64,000 nucleotides of DNA, taken from Octopus vulgaris. Lineage: Eukaryota. How positions within the stretch are numbered: the stretch's first letter is position 1; each line of letters begins with the position of its first letter. The stretch is taken from contig OX597823.1 in NCBI GenBank assembly GCA_951406725.2, positions 42,532,001-42,596,000 of the forward strand, in the 5' to 3' direction. The translations under genes and the position numbers were made by a program. The notes beneath the pieces were generated by a model. It saw only the letters and a program-made list of their open reading frames with translations, had not been told where the DNA came from and did not search any database. Below, piece by piece: positions 51,250-64,000 of this stretch.

Positions 51250-52570
51250 CATTTATATGTATTTATGAATAGATATATCTATATATCCATCTTTATATAT
51301 AAATTCTGATATATACACACATGCATACTTCTCGACACGTACAGACATGTAGACACACTCCCGTTCAGGGGAGTTGTGATTTTGGTCACTTATAAGTCAT
51401 GGGAACCGTTTAACCGTACCTATGAGTCATAGGATTCGAGACATTAATACTCAAGGATAGATGATGATGAAAGGATGACAGGTAAGTCTGGCCTGAGGAG
51501 GAATTGAACTCAAAATGTATGCAGCCGGAACAAATAATGCAAAGCATTTTGCTTGTCGCTCTAATGATTTTATCATTCTAACACCTTTGAGTAGAAGATC
51601 ATTAATGGTTTCTGATTTAGGCGAGAGCAGTTTTGAGAGGAGGAATTAACCGGTACCATTGGCCACAGCGCTGTGTTTTATCGACCTTGGAGGAATGGAA
51701 ACAAAATATTTGAACTCAGAACATAAAGAACTGAAAAAAATACAATACCGCGAGCTATTTTGTTCGACGCTCCAATTATTTTGTCAAATCACTACCTTCA
51801 GAATGGGTCTAAAATAGTGCAAACATAATCCTGTTGTTTGAAACTATGATATTTAATTATCGAATGTCTGTGAAAATATATGCTATATAAATCCTTAATA
51901 AGCATACACACATATCTACGCAAACATATATTACATATATACACTCATCAACGTAAATAAGTATATACCCATCCAAGCCCAGGCAGCCCATCCACTAGGC
52001 GAAATGAGTTTTAACGAGAAAAGAAAATTCTATGATGGAATGAGACGTTCATGTACTGAGCAGGGCTGATTTCTATAGCTGATTTTCTTGAGTCCCCACA
52101 CAATATTATTTAGCTGATTGTGCTTTAAATTGTTGGCAATTTTAATTTTATGTTCTACATATATTCTTTTGACCCATCAGTCTCAACAGAATCAACTTCG
52201 GCTGTTGGTATTTTTTTTTTTTATTACTATGTTCCAGATTGTTCTGTCTACCAGATCCTGCCTCATGAGAAGATAATATCTAGAAGACATTCTCTCGCAG
52301 TTGACAATTATGTGGTTGATGCCTACAAGTCTTTGTTCTGCACAGCCTGCGTTTGTTGTCTGTCAATATTTTCTGCCTATTATGCTGCAAGTACTTGTTG
52401 AGGATCTCTCCTTCTTGAAATGCATGGAGGTAGTCTTCAATGTGGAATGTCAAACTTATCGGCTCTTTATATCAAGCTTTTGATATCTGTTCTTCCTATA
52501 GTTTTGACTTTTGTGCCAAGTAGCCATGCAGTCCATTTTTTATATGTATGTATGCATACATGTATGTATT

Positions 52571-52604
<34 letters not shown>

Positions 52605-53005
52605 TGTATGTATGTATGTATGTATGTATGTATGTATGCATGCATGTATGTATGTATGTATGTATGCATGTATGTATGTACGTATGTATAGTTGTATACG
52701 TATAAAGTCTATAGAATTATAAGATAGTCATGAAATTCTATGCTTTCCAAATAAATCAAATGAGGACTATAATACATTTCACCGGAAATCGAAACAAAGC
52801 AGTCGATGCACTGTACCTCGAATTAGTCTTAAACATGTGGCATTTTTGCCCAATAAACTTAGCGTTTGCTCTCTGCCTTATTTTGCTGAATCAACCCTTG
52901 TGAATGTAGAATTTCTGCTCTTATTCTCACCAATGGTGGAAGCAGGAATTATTAACATTTATCAGAAGCAATGTCATTTGTACTTTTGCTTTTTCTTTCT
53001 GTCCT

Positions 53006-53060
<55 letters not shown>

Positions 53061-53140
53061 CTCTCTCTCTCACTCTCTCTTTCTCACTAGTTGTCTGTCT
53101 TTTGAGCACTTTTTCTCACTCTCTGTGATACATACATACT

Positions 53141-53210
<70 letters not shown>

Positions 53211-53211
53211 G

Positions 53212-53296
<85 letters not shown>

Positions 53297-53872
53297 CGTT
53301 TGCATGTGTGTACCCATTAAATCTGTATATCTGTATATGTTAATATTTAACGTATAGTCTCTCTATCACTCCTCTTTCTCTCAACTGTATCTCTCTCACC
53401 CCTCTCTCTCTGTGGTTTTCTCCGAAGCCTGATCAAAGGAACACGACAAAGCAATTAGTAGCCACAAAGCGATGGAAAATGGGATTTATGGGGACCGAAT
53501 CTGAAGGTAATTTCTTATTGAAGTCGTTGATTATAGAGAATAATTCCTGCTCCCTCGTTCAGACCGTGTTTGCTCACTAATAAATAAGATATAACACTTA
53601 CTTACTAATTCAGACAGCATACCTGCTGTTATGTACATATACGTATATACATACACAAGTACATACGTACATACATACATTCATACATACATACATACGT
53701 TCCTACATACATACATGCATGCATACATACATACACACACATACATATACATACATATATGTATATATATGTATATACACATACATATACATATATATAC
53801 ATATATGTATATATATGTATATACACATACATATATATATGTATATACATACATATATGTATATATATGTAT

Positions 53873-53929
<57 letters not shown>

Positions 53930-54381
53930 CGCATATATGTATATATGAAGAGGTTTCAGATGAAAAGCATGAATATCTATGCGATGCACAAGCATGTACA
54001 GGTGAAAGATTTGGTGGTGTTATGCATTAGTTACTTGTAGTGTCCTGTCTAAATGCTGTGACAGATGGCCTCTTTACTAATGGCTCGCCTGGAGGAAAAA
54101 CCGTGACAGGTTATTACAGTACTGCAACAACGTTATAATACAAGCAGTACGATTTCTAGTCAAAATATTTAGGTCTGCCTCCCACTCAGCTTCCAGACTT
54201 CTCAACAAATCGTAACAGATGTTTTGATTTTCCTGAGAAATTTTTAATAATCAATATAAACTGCAATTATTTTTAAAATACCACTGTATCCTGATTTTTG
54301 TGGCTGTTATTTTGTCCCAAATTAGCTTTTTTTATCAAATACTTCCTTTAAATTGCCACCCACTCATTTTGCATATGAGAG

Positions 54382-54910
54382 ACTAGCAGAGATACCTGGC
54401 GTTGCTCGAGATTAAAATGGTATATTTTGTGTTTATATATTACAGTTATCTTGAAACAGGTAATATAGGTAAGTGCAGCATTAACGACGAAACTTTTGAG
54501 GAGTAAATGATGGACTAATTCGACTATGCGACATGCAATACGTCCGTTTGGAAGATTTCAGACCCTTACCTATTATGGAAAATTGGGAGTGGGAGGTATG
54601 TAAATTTTTAACCCACCGAAAAGTTGTCAGTGGATATACTCGCCTTTGAACCCTCAGCGCTGCATCTAACATGACCCATCGTATGGTTGACAGTGTAATG
54701 AAGATGTACGTAAGTGGGTACATTCTGGAAATTGGCTGCAATGGGAGACAGCAACGGGGAAGTGAACTGTTAAAATGTTGTGGAAGGCAAAGGGTTGACA
54801 TTGAATTGCTGGTGTGGCTGTAGAACAAGAAACATAAAGTGAGCCTATGTAGTCACAAGAGAATATATAGAAATGACTTACTTGAAAAAACGGCATAATG
54901 GCTTACCGCG
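54382..54910 (+). mobile_element. possible non-autonomous Helitron/Helentron-like element end
   Basis: ACTAGCAGAGATACCTGGCGTTGCTCGAG resembles the ACTAG..CCCGGCGTTGCCCGGG terminal hairpin of such elements; extent uncertain. Confidence 0.3.
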
Positions 54911-54911
54911 T

Positions 54912-54951
<40 letters not shown>

Positions 54952-57004
54952 GTCTGTATTTTTGTATGCAGTGTAAATTAACGAAGTATAAACAAATGAA
55001 CTAAATAGAAGCACATGTATGGACCTGCTTATTTAACGGTAAATGCCACAATAATTATTACAGAGAGACAAAGAATTATATATAGGTTACATTTCTTAGT
55101 GTAATGGTAAATATGCAATTGTAAATACCTTGCAAGCTTGCAAATGTTGCAATAATTATTAACAGGTAATGGAACAGTAAATGTGTATTTTTATATATAC
55201 TTTGGACCTTGCCACCTCATTTTCTTGAAGGGTTTCAGCTCTAGCAGTAACATACATACATTCACGCATGTCAGTCGTCACATATGTATATATATGTGAT
55301 GTGTTTAATAACGTACGATATACACTCATATGCAAATTGTGACGTCGGCGTCGGCGTCGTGGCATAATATGTTTCTGACATACACTCACATACGTATACT
55401 AAGATAGTCACACATACATACATTCACACATATTAGTCGTTACATACGTATATGTATGTGTAGATGTATGTGTATGTTTAATAACGTACCTAACGCGGAA
55501 AGACATAAACACTATGAGACATATACACATTAAAACACTTACACGCACTGACAGACAGATACACAGTCATATAAAAAATGTGATGTCATCCTCGTGGTAT
55601 GAAATGTCTTGTTGACAATAAAAAGGTTGCAGCGTGGAAGATGTTTATAAGCCATTCAAGAACACACAAAAACCGTTAGTTTCACTTCAACATTTAAATT
55701 TCATTTGTGTCAAAATATTTTCGTCGCTTTGAAACCGCGACCTGTTCACAGACGAAACTTCGTACTGCATCTCAGAAAGTAACCATTTCAATCTCATTGG
55801 TCCCGGCGTGACTGAGAAGAAAGCCACAAGACTCCCTCGCTTCCTCATGGAAAAACAAACTAATAAAGTAAAGCAATAAACCAATTCCTGTCAGAAATAC
55901 TAAAGAGATGTCCATGATGTCAATGTCTTGAAGACAGAACCAATCGAAAGTTTGGCAACCACACACCGAACCAGCGTTTGCCGAAGGCAACATTTCTATC
56001 AGAGAATAAGATTATAGGAATAAGTTCATAGCGTTGAGTGTAGCTGATCCAATAGGCTTTTGAATTATCCAATGAAATGTCGACATTCCTATATCATTAC
56101 CAGTACTGTATAATACCTATAAACAAGCAGAAGACGTTAATCCTGACTTGCCTATTTTTATTCGCTGTAAATAAAATCGTTTTGTCATGTACAGCTCACT
56201 TGTAAGACTGGTTACATTGTATAAATAATGAGTGGTTTAAGTGTGTAGTTAGGATTTCAAGTTCTTTTGACAGGAAAAGATAACAGAGAGCCACTTATGT
56301 ACTTACAGTTATCCCGGTGTTTGTTGTTGACTCAACTAGTTCTTATTACGAACCGTTTGTGGCTGTGTTGTATAACAGGGCAGCCAACATTTAGATCTTT
56401 AGACTGATGTGAACAATCATTTCTTAAGCTTAGAGAGACAACAACAATGATAACAATAGCGGTGGTAATGGCGATAACAACGACCGCAGCAGTGGCGGTG
56501 ATGACGACGATCAATGACTAGAAGAGGCGACTGTATGTATTCACGAGTGCTGTTTAAAGGCTTAAGTAGAGACTTTATTTCTAAGTGAATAAACTAACCA
56601 CTTGAGAGATTATCCTGCCTACTTGAGCGTAACGTTTGAGGTAACTTTAAACTTAATGAAAACCCTAAGAATGAAATAGTATAAAACTGGATATATCAAC
56701 TTGTTATTTCACTGCACGTATTTCATTACCCGTGGAGCTTTGAATCTTTGAACAAGGTACTTAGTTCTATCAAAGTAAATATTTAACAATTTCGAAATTA
56801 ACTTTACGGTATATTGTATTTCCCCGAAAAGAAAGTCACCTGCCTGTGGGAGCATTTTACTATACTCCTATGGTACATGCTTAGATGCTTAGAACGGGAG
56901 TATTATCACGTATTATCTGCAAGTTACTTATCGGTGCCGTGGACGCGTTGTGCGTCCATGCAGCTTTAGATAATGCGAAGTTGTGTCAAACTGTTATGAT
57001 ATAT

Positions 57005-57220
57005 AGGAACTGGTGCTGAAAAGTTCCTGACTTTAAGGGCAGCGGAAAAGGCCTGGCTGGAGATCCACTCTTCCGAGTCCTTTTGCAGGGCTTAGAAAAA
57101 TTGAAGGACCGCTGCAATAAGTGTGTGAATCTGATAGAGGAATATGCTGAATAAAATGATGATTAACTGATCCTTCTAAATTTCCTTTTACCCTAAATTT
57201 CCTTTTCAGCAGCCCTCGTA
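57005..57220. mobile_element. mariner-derived MITE
   Basis: tgctgaaaag ... cttttcagcagccctcgTA inverted ends; internal decayed transposase 3' end. Confidence 0.6.
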
Positions 57221-57246
57221 TATATATATATATATATATATACAAT

Positions 57247-57360
<114 letters not shown>

Positions 57361-57740
57361 TGTATATAAATATGTCAATATGTAAGTATGTATGCATGTA
57401 TCTAAGTGTCTATATGTATGTATGCACGTAAGTGTGTATATGAAAGTATATATATGAAATGTATGTATGTGTATTTCTATATACATATATCTATGTGTGT
57501 ATGTAAGTATGTAGATGTATATGCGTGTATCTATGTAGGTATATGTATGTATATATTATTAAATAATATACTCCTGAATGTTCAGTTATGCAAGTTAGAA
57601 ATGGTATAATTTTTTAAAACACATATGTATATGCTTATGTACATATATAAGCTCATCTACTTGTATATAAGTATTCTATGAGTGCGTATGCGTATCCGCG
57701 TACATGTGTGTGTATGTGTATATGCATGTATGTATGCGTG

Positions 57741-57806
<66 letters not shown>

Positions 57807-57807
<1 letters not shown>

Positions 57808-58015
57808 CGAGAAGCTTTATGAAAATAAACAAAAGACGAAGGCAGGTGGAATACAAACAAACAATTGTATTAGTATGGCGCTCAGGAATATAAATAAAAC
57901 AAGTCTTTTACGTTTCGAGCCTACGCTCTTCAACAGAAAGATACACAGAAAAGAAACACAGAAAGAAACAAGGAGAGAAAAAAATGCGTGCAGAGGCTAG
58001 CGAATCAACATGGCG
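57807..58015 (-). mobile_element. Penelope-like terminal fragment with hammerhead-like motif at 57904-57941
   Basis: Minus strand TCTTT-CTGTTGA-A-GAGC(GTAG)GCTC-GAAA-CG-TA-AAAGA; flanked by (TA)n. Confidence 0.65.
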
Positions 58016-59320
58016 ATATATATATATGTGTGTGTGTGTGTATGTATGTATATATATGTATACATGGTTGTATGGGTATGTATGCGCATAAGTATATGTG
58101 TATTGGTATGTTTACACAAGAATATGCGTGTACATATTTCTATATCAGTGTGTATGTTTGTTTACGTTTTTAATATGTAAATCTATGTATGCCTATGTTG
58201 TATCCATAAATATTAAGGTATATTAATTATTGTCTCCCCTACATTACTATAAATTACACCAGTTTATTTTGGGTTCTCTTTTCCTCACTCTGAAAACATG
58301 CACAACAAAAATATACACAACTTTAATAATAAAAACAACTATTTCGACACACGCTAACAAAAAAGTCTTTTTTTATATACTAAATAACTCTATATCTGGT
58401 TATATATAAGTTTATCACGTAATTCCCCCTTTCAGACCTTTTTTCTCGTATAGTATTTATTTCTAAATCTTTTTAAAAATATATCAAGCTATGACTAGAT
58501 AATTAATTAAGACATACAACGCCTATTTTGTCTATGAATATTATACCTATAATTTACAATAAATATAAAATTATAATTTTTATAAACCAGAAATTATTCC
58601 TTAATACTGGTACTAACCACCAATTTTCTAAAAAATCTTAAGTGGAAAGGAGAATTGACGGTTAAATAAAAACTAAATATGCATTTGAAAATACATATAT
58701 CTCTTTATTTGATATTTCACAACTACAGTTTGACCAGTATAATAATGTATTCAAGTAGTTTAAAATAGAGACACATATTGGATTTTATAGAATGTCAGTT
58801 TTAATATTACACATATTAGCACCCACTTACCTATATATTTTTTGTCTAGATTGAAATAAATGTAACTAGAAGAAAGAATATAAAAATCCCCAAATGATAA
58901 CTATGAAAAAAATCTATGCACTTTAAGTGTCTTTTTTAGTTTTTCGATTAGCTACTGATGAGTACAAATATGACTAATACGATTTTCTATCTATAAATAC
59001 TTGAGGCCATTTGTATGAAACAGCTGTATAGAAACATGAAAAAGAAAAACTATTATCTATCTTAACATCTAATCTCCTCCATTACATTAAATATGAATGA
59101 ATTTGTGGAACTTTGTTGAACAAGTTATCATATACTGGTTATTTCTATATAAGCTTTCATACATATACGAATATATATAAGAAAATTCGAAAGTAATCTA
59201 TGAAGAAAAGGCATTAGAAGTCATAGAAAAAAATTCCAGTTAAAGGAACATATATTCATCCGATAAATTATATATAAAATATATTTAATATATAAATATA
59301 AATAAATACATATATATGTA

Positions 59321-62300
59321 TAGAAAATATGAAGGCCGACCTAAGCCAGGAGATCCAACGAGCTATCAGCAACCATTTATGCAAATCACAAGGACCACAC
59401 ACCCACTACCAACAAGAAAATCATACACACACAGCTCCATACAAGAACTACCCACATTGTTACCACTGAACAACATAAAACATAACTTAGAACAATGCAA
59501 ACATCAAACTTCCCTTACCTCGACATTCCTGTTAAATGTACGTGGCATCAACTCATCAATTATTGCCCAAAAATGAAAGATCCCATATATAGAGAGTTGG
59601 CTTGCCGAAACGGCACATTGCTTCCATTTCTTTATCCTTACTGAGACTCACCTGAACAACACCCATATGGACGCCGTGGTGAAAATAAAAGATTTCACCA
59701 TTGTTCGTGCGGATCGAACAGACCGAAATAAGGGAGGGACAGCCATCTTTATCCATGACTCCTTTTCACTTGATGCCAAGGACATATTTTCCAATGGCTA
59801 TTGTGAATCTGTATCACTATTCAGCAAGGCCAAGGACATAATCATTGTTGGTCTTTACAGGCCTCCCCAAGCATCTCTAAAGTGCTTTGAAGAGTGCCTT
59901 AGCAAAGTCAAGTCCTTCCTTCGGAAGTACAACTCCGGAAACATACTAGTGATAGGTGATTTTAACCTCCCTCATGTGAACTGGCCCACAAATACTCTGA
60001 AGTTAGGCAAATGCTCTACATCAGATAGAGCAGCAGCAGAACTGCTCTTTAATCTAATGGATGAATACTTCCTGACTCAGCTAGTGCTCGAACCAACGAG
60101 ACAGAATAAAACGATCTTGGATCTGGTATTGACCAATCACTCTAGCTTCGTTCACAGTATTTCAGTTGAAAAACTCTCCTCTCAGACCACGACATGGTAC
60201 TCTGCAATTTTAATTCCCGACATATAAAAACCAAACCAGCCAATCCCACTCCATGGCACTCATTTTACAACATAAACTTCCACAAAGCGGACTGAGGAGC
60301 AATCAGAAAGGATCTGTCTTTTATCGACTGGTCTTTTACTCTCAATTCCACCCATATTGAGACCGCATGGCAGCACTTTGACAACATTGTCACCTATACA
60401 TGCTCTAAACACGCTCCCACGAAATCTACTAACACAAACAGAAACCGGCTCCCTAAAAAGAAAAAAAACACTCATCAGGCGCATCAAAAGACTCAACAAA
60501 AAAATCAACCAATTAAAATATTCCCACATACAACATTCACATTCAACAACAATAAAAAGGCTAGAGCTGGAAAAACTTCATCTGCAGACCGACATGAAAA
60601 CCTCCATTGAAAATCAAAGAGCTGTGGAGGAGCAGTGAGTAATCAAAAAACATCAAACAGAACCCAAAAGTGTTCTATTCTTATGCAAATAAGCATAGAA
60701 CCACTGTCTCACCCATTGAGCCATTGACTGATGATAACGGCATTCCCCAACACGATGCTAAAGAAATGGCAGAAATACTGCAGAAACAATACTGCTCTGT
60801 CTTTAGTGTTCCCACTGATATTGACGTAAGAGAAGCGAACGAAGTTGACTCCCAACATAAAATCTCAGACATAACCTTCACTGCCACTGACATCATAGCA
60901 GCAATAAATGAGGTCAAATACTACTCTGCTGTAGGCCCTGATAGATTCCCCGCTAGTCTCCTGAAGGAATGTAGACACCAACTTGCAGTCCCTCTGACCA
61001 ACCTCTGGAGAAATTCGTTAGACGCAGGTTATATACCGAAACAGTTTCTATCCCAGTCAGTCATCCCGGTTTTCGAACAGGGAAACATATCCCTCGCAGT
61101 CAACTATTGCCCAATCTCACTCACCTCCCACATCATTAATGTGTTTGAAAGAGTGTTAAGATCAAGGATAGCTGACTTCCTGGAGACCCGCAAACTCCTA
61201 AATGCAAATCAGCATGGCTTTCGCTGTGGCAGGGACTGTCTAACACAGCTCTTACACCACATTGAAGATATACTCAAAGCCTTGGGAACAGGTTCGAACT
61301 CTGATGTCATATATCTTGACTTCAGTAAAGCGTTCGACAGGGTAGACCATAATATCCTACTCTCAAAATTGGCAAATGTTGGAATCCGTGGAAAAGTTCT
61401 ACACTGGATTAAGTATTTCCTGGCGAATAGAACACAACATGATGTAGTTGATGGAGTCCACTCAAGCCCAGCAAAAGTCACCAGCGGTGTTCCCCAGGGG
61501 ACTGTCTTGGGCCCGCTACTCTTCATAATTTACATAAACGACCTTTCCAGTGTCGTACATTACTGCAAAGGGAAAATATTTGCTGATGACACTAAGCTCC
61601 AGCAAATCGTCAATGAAGAAGCAGACTGAACTCAACTCCAGTCCGATCTATATGCTGTGAGTCAATGGGCAGACAGAAACAAAATGCAACTGAACGAGGG
61701 AAAATTTGAGCTGATGCATTTTGGAAGAAATTCCTCACTAAAACAGCCATACTCTCTTCCTTCAGGGGAACCGCTCACAGCCTCTAACAATATCAGAGAC
61801 CTGGGTGTAATTGTTGATGATGATTTCAGTTGGAGTGCACACATCAACAATAAGGTCGATATAGCTCGTAGGATGAGTTCCTGGATCTTAAGAACATTCC
61901 GGTCCAGAGAACAAGGTGTCATCATACCATTTTTCTCATCATTTGTACGGCCACACCTCGAATACTGCTGCCCACTGTGGTCTCCCCATACAAGACAAAA
62001 CATCTCGAGGATTGAATCACCCCAGAGGGCACTCACTAAACGAATTGAAGGCATGGCTGCTCTCGATTATTGGGATCGCCTTAAAGCCTTGAAACTCTAC
62101 TCTCTCCAGCGTCGCCGTGAGCGGTACATCATTTGTACGATGTGGAGAATATACCGCCAACTTTGCCCAAACGACCTGAACATTAGCTTCAAGGTTCATC
62201 CAAGACTGGGACCACGGGCCATACGTCCCCTGTCCAATTCAAGATTACAGCATACATGTACACTGCAACATAATTTCTTTTCCTCAACAGGCCCTGCCCT

Positions 62301-62557
62301 ATTTAACATTGTTCCGAAAGAGATCAAAGAGGAAAAGTATCCCATCAACTTTAAACGGAGTCTGGATAGATTCCTTCAAGGAATACCAGATAAGCCTACC
62401 ATAATTGGATACAACTCACCCAACAAAAAACTCACTACTTGAATGGACCATAAACAAAACTTGACTTAAACAGGATTCAAATAATCTATCAGGTGGTGCT
62501 ATTAAGTTAGACATGGCCTGGACCAATCTTTGGTCGAAACATATCTAAGTTTATCTA

Positions 62558-62561
<4 letters not shown>
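59321..62561 (+). mobile_element. 5'-truncated, decayed CR1-group LINE (element 2), sister family of element 1
   Basis: ORF pieces 59316-59576, 59667-60227, 60357-60638, 60670-61629 and 61657-62442 align in order with element 1 ORF2, with several stops and frameshifts; same 3'UTR block; (TATCTAAGTT)2 tail. Confidence 0.95.
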
Positions 62562-63215
<654 letters not shown>

Positions 63216-64000
63216 TTTTACTAAATATTGGGGGCCTGTTGCATCAAAATAGAAACAAAATTTCTTTCCTGAGAGATCTTACTGCATGCAATCAAGCCCT
63301 ATGCATAGCACTTATGGAAACTCACCTCAACCCTGATATAGAGGACGCAGAAGTACACATACCCAACTGTGCCATACTGCGAACAGACAGAAGGGAAAGG
63401 AGCCATGGTGGAGTTGCTGTATACATCCGAGATGACCTCACACCCCAGGTCTTAATGACATACTCAAATTCGGTATGTGACACTTTAATTGTATACATAA
63501 GACAACATAATATAGTCATATGCAATACATATTGCCCACCGGATGCCCCAAATCACATAGGCAAGTTTGAAGATTGACTCACAAGAATTAAAGAAATCCT
63601 CATGAATCTGGAACACCACGTGACCATATTTCTTATGGGTGATTTCAACTTCCCCAACGTCAAATGGCCCGAAGTTCACATACTCTCAGGAATGAATCAT
63701 TGGAAGCAAGTACAAGTGGAGTCCCTGCTCAACCTCACCAATGCTTTATTCATGGAGCAAGTTGTACTCAAGCTAACTAGGGCGAATAACATTCTGGATC
63801 TCTGCTTCACGAACAATATGGACATCATTCATGATGTGAAAGTGACACCGACATCAGTTTCGGATCACAACATAATAGAGCTGTCTATGTTTGGGCCAAA
63901 AGTAACCAGAGACATACAGCCTAAAGGAAGCACCCGAAATCTCTCCAATCTGAACTTCCACAAAGCAGATTGGAAATCGATCCAAAAAGAGATCCTCAGA

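Noticed and set aside
55610-55760. Another ribozyme-bearing Penelope end
   Set aside because: Only a TTTCGT/ACGAAA stem is visible; no recognisable catalytic core.
58200-59300. Very AT-rich block as a decayed Penelope ORF, with CTGATGAGTAC at ~58955
   Set aside because: No convincing RT or GIY-YIG motif, and the GAAA half of a hammerhead is missing.

Overview
AT-rich, repeat-dominated eukaryotic DNA. The SINE families and (TA)n/(CA)n/(TATG)n microsatellites point to a cephalopod, most likely Octopus (inferred from repeat content). Most ORF-track entries are microsatellite artefacts. Real coding sequence consists of three same-strand CR1-group APE-RT LINEs (one near full length at ~40.8-45.5 kb, one decayed at 59.3-62.6 kb, one running off the window end from 62.8 kb), fragments of Tx1/L1, RTE, R4/Dong and Tc1/mariner elements, and a probable terminal exon of a minus-strand polycystin-like membrane protein (32774-33174). 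Main observation: in two clearly divergent LINE families, ORF2 lies in the -1 frame of ORF1 and opens 9 nt before an in-frame U_UUU_UUA heptamer (the HIV-1 gag-pol slippery sequence). The full-length copy has no usable ORF2 ATG. This suggests programmed -1 ribosomal frameshifting producing an ORF1-EN-RT fusion, and the full-length ORF1 carries an unusual Myb/SANT-like domain plus CCCH fingers. The window also holds several Penelope-type inverted repeats with minimal hammerhead ribozyme motifs bearing non-canonical cores.
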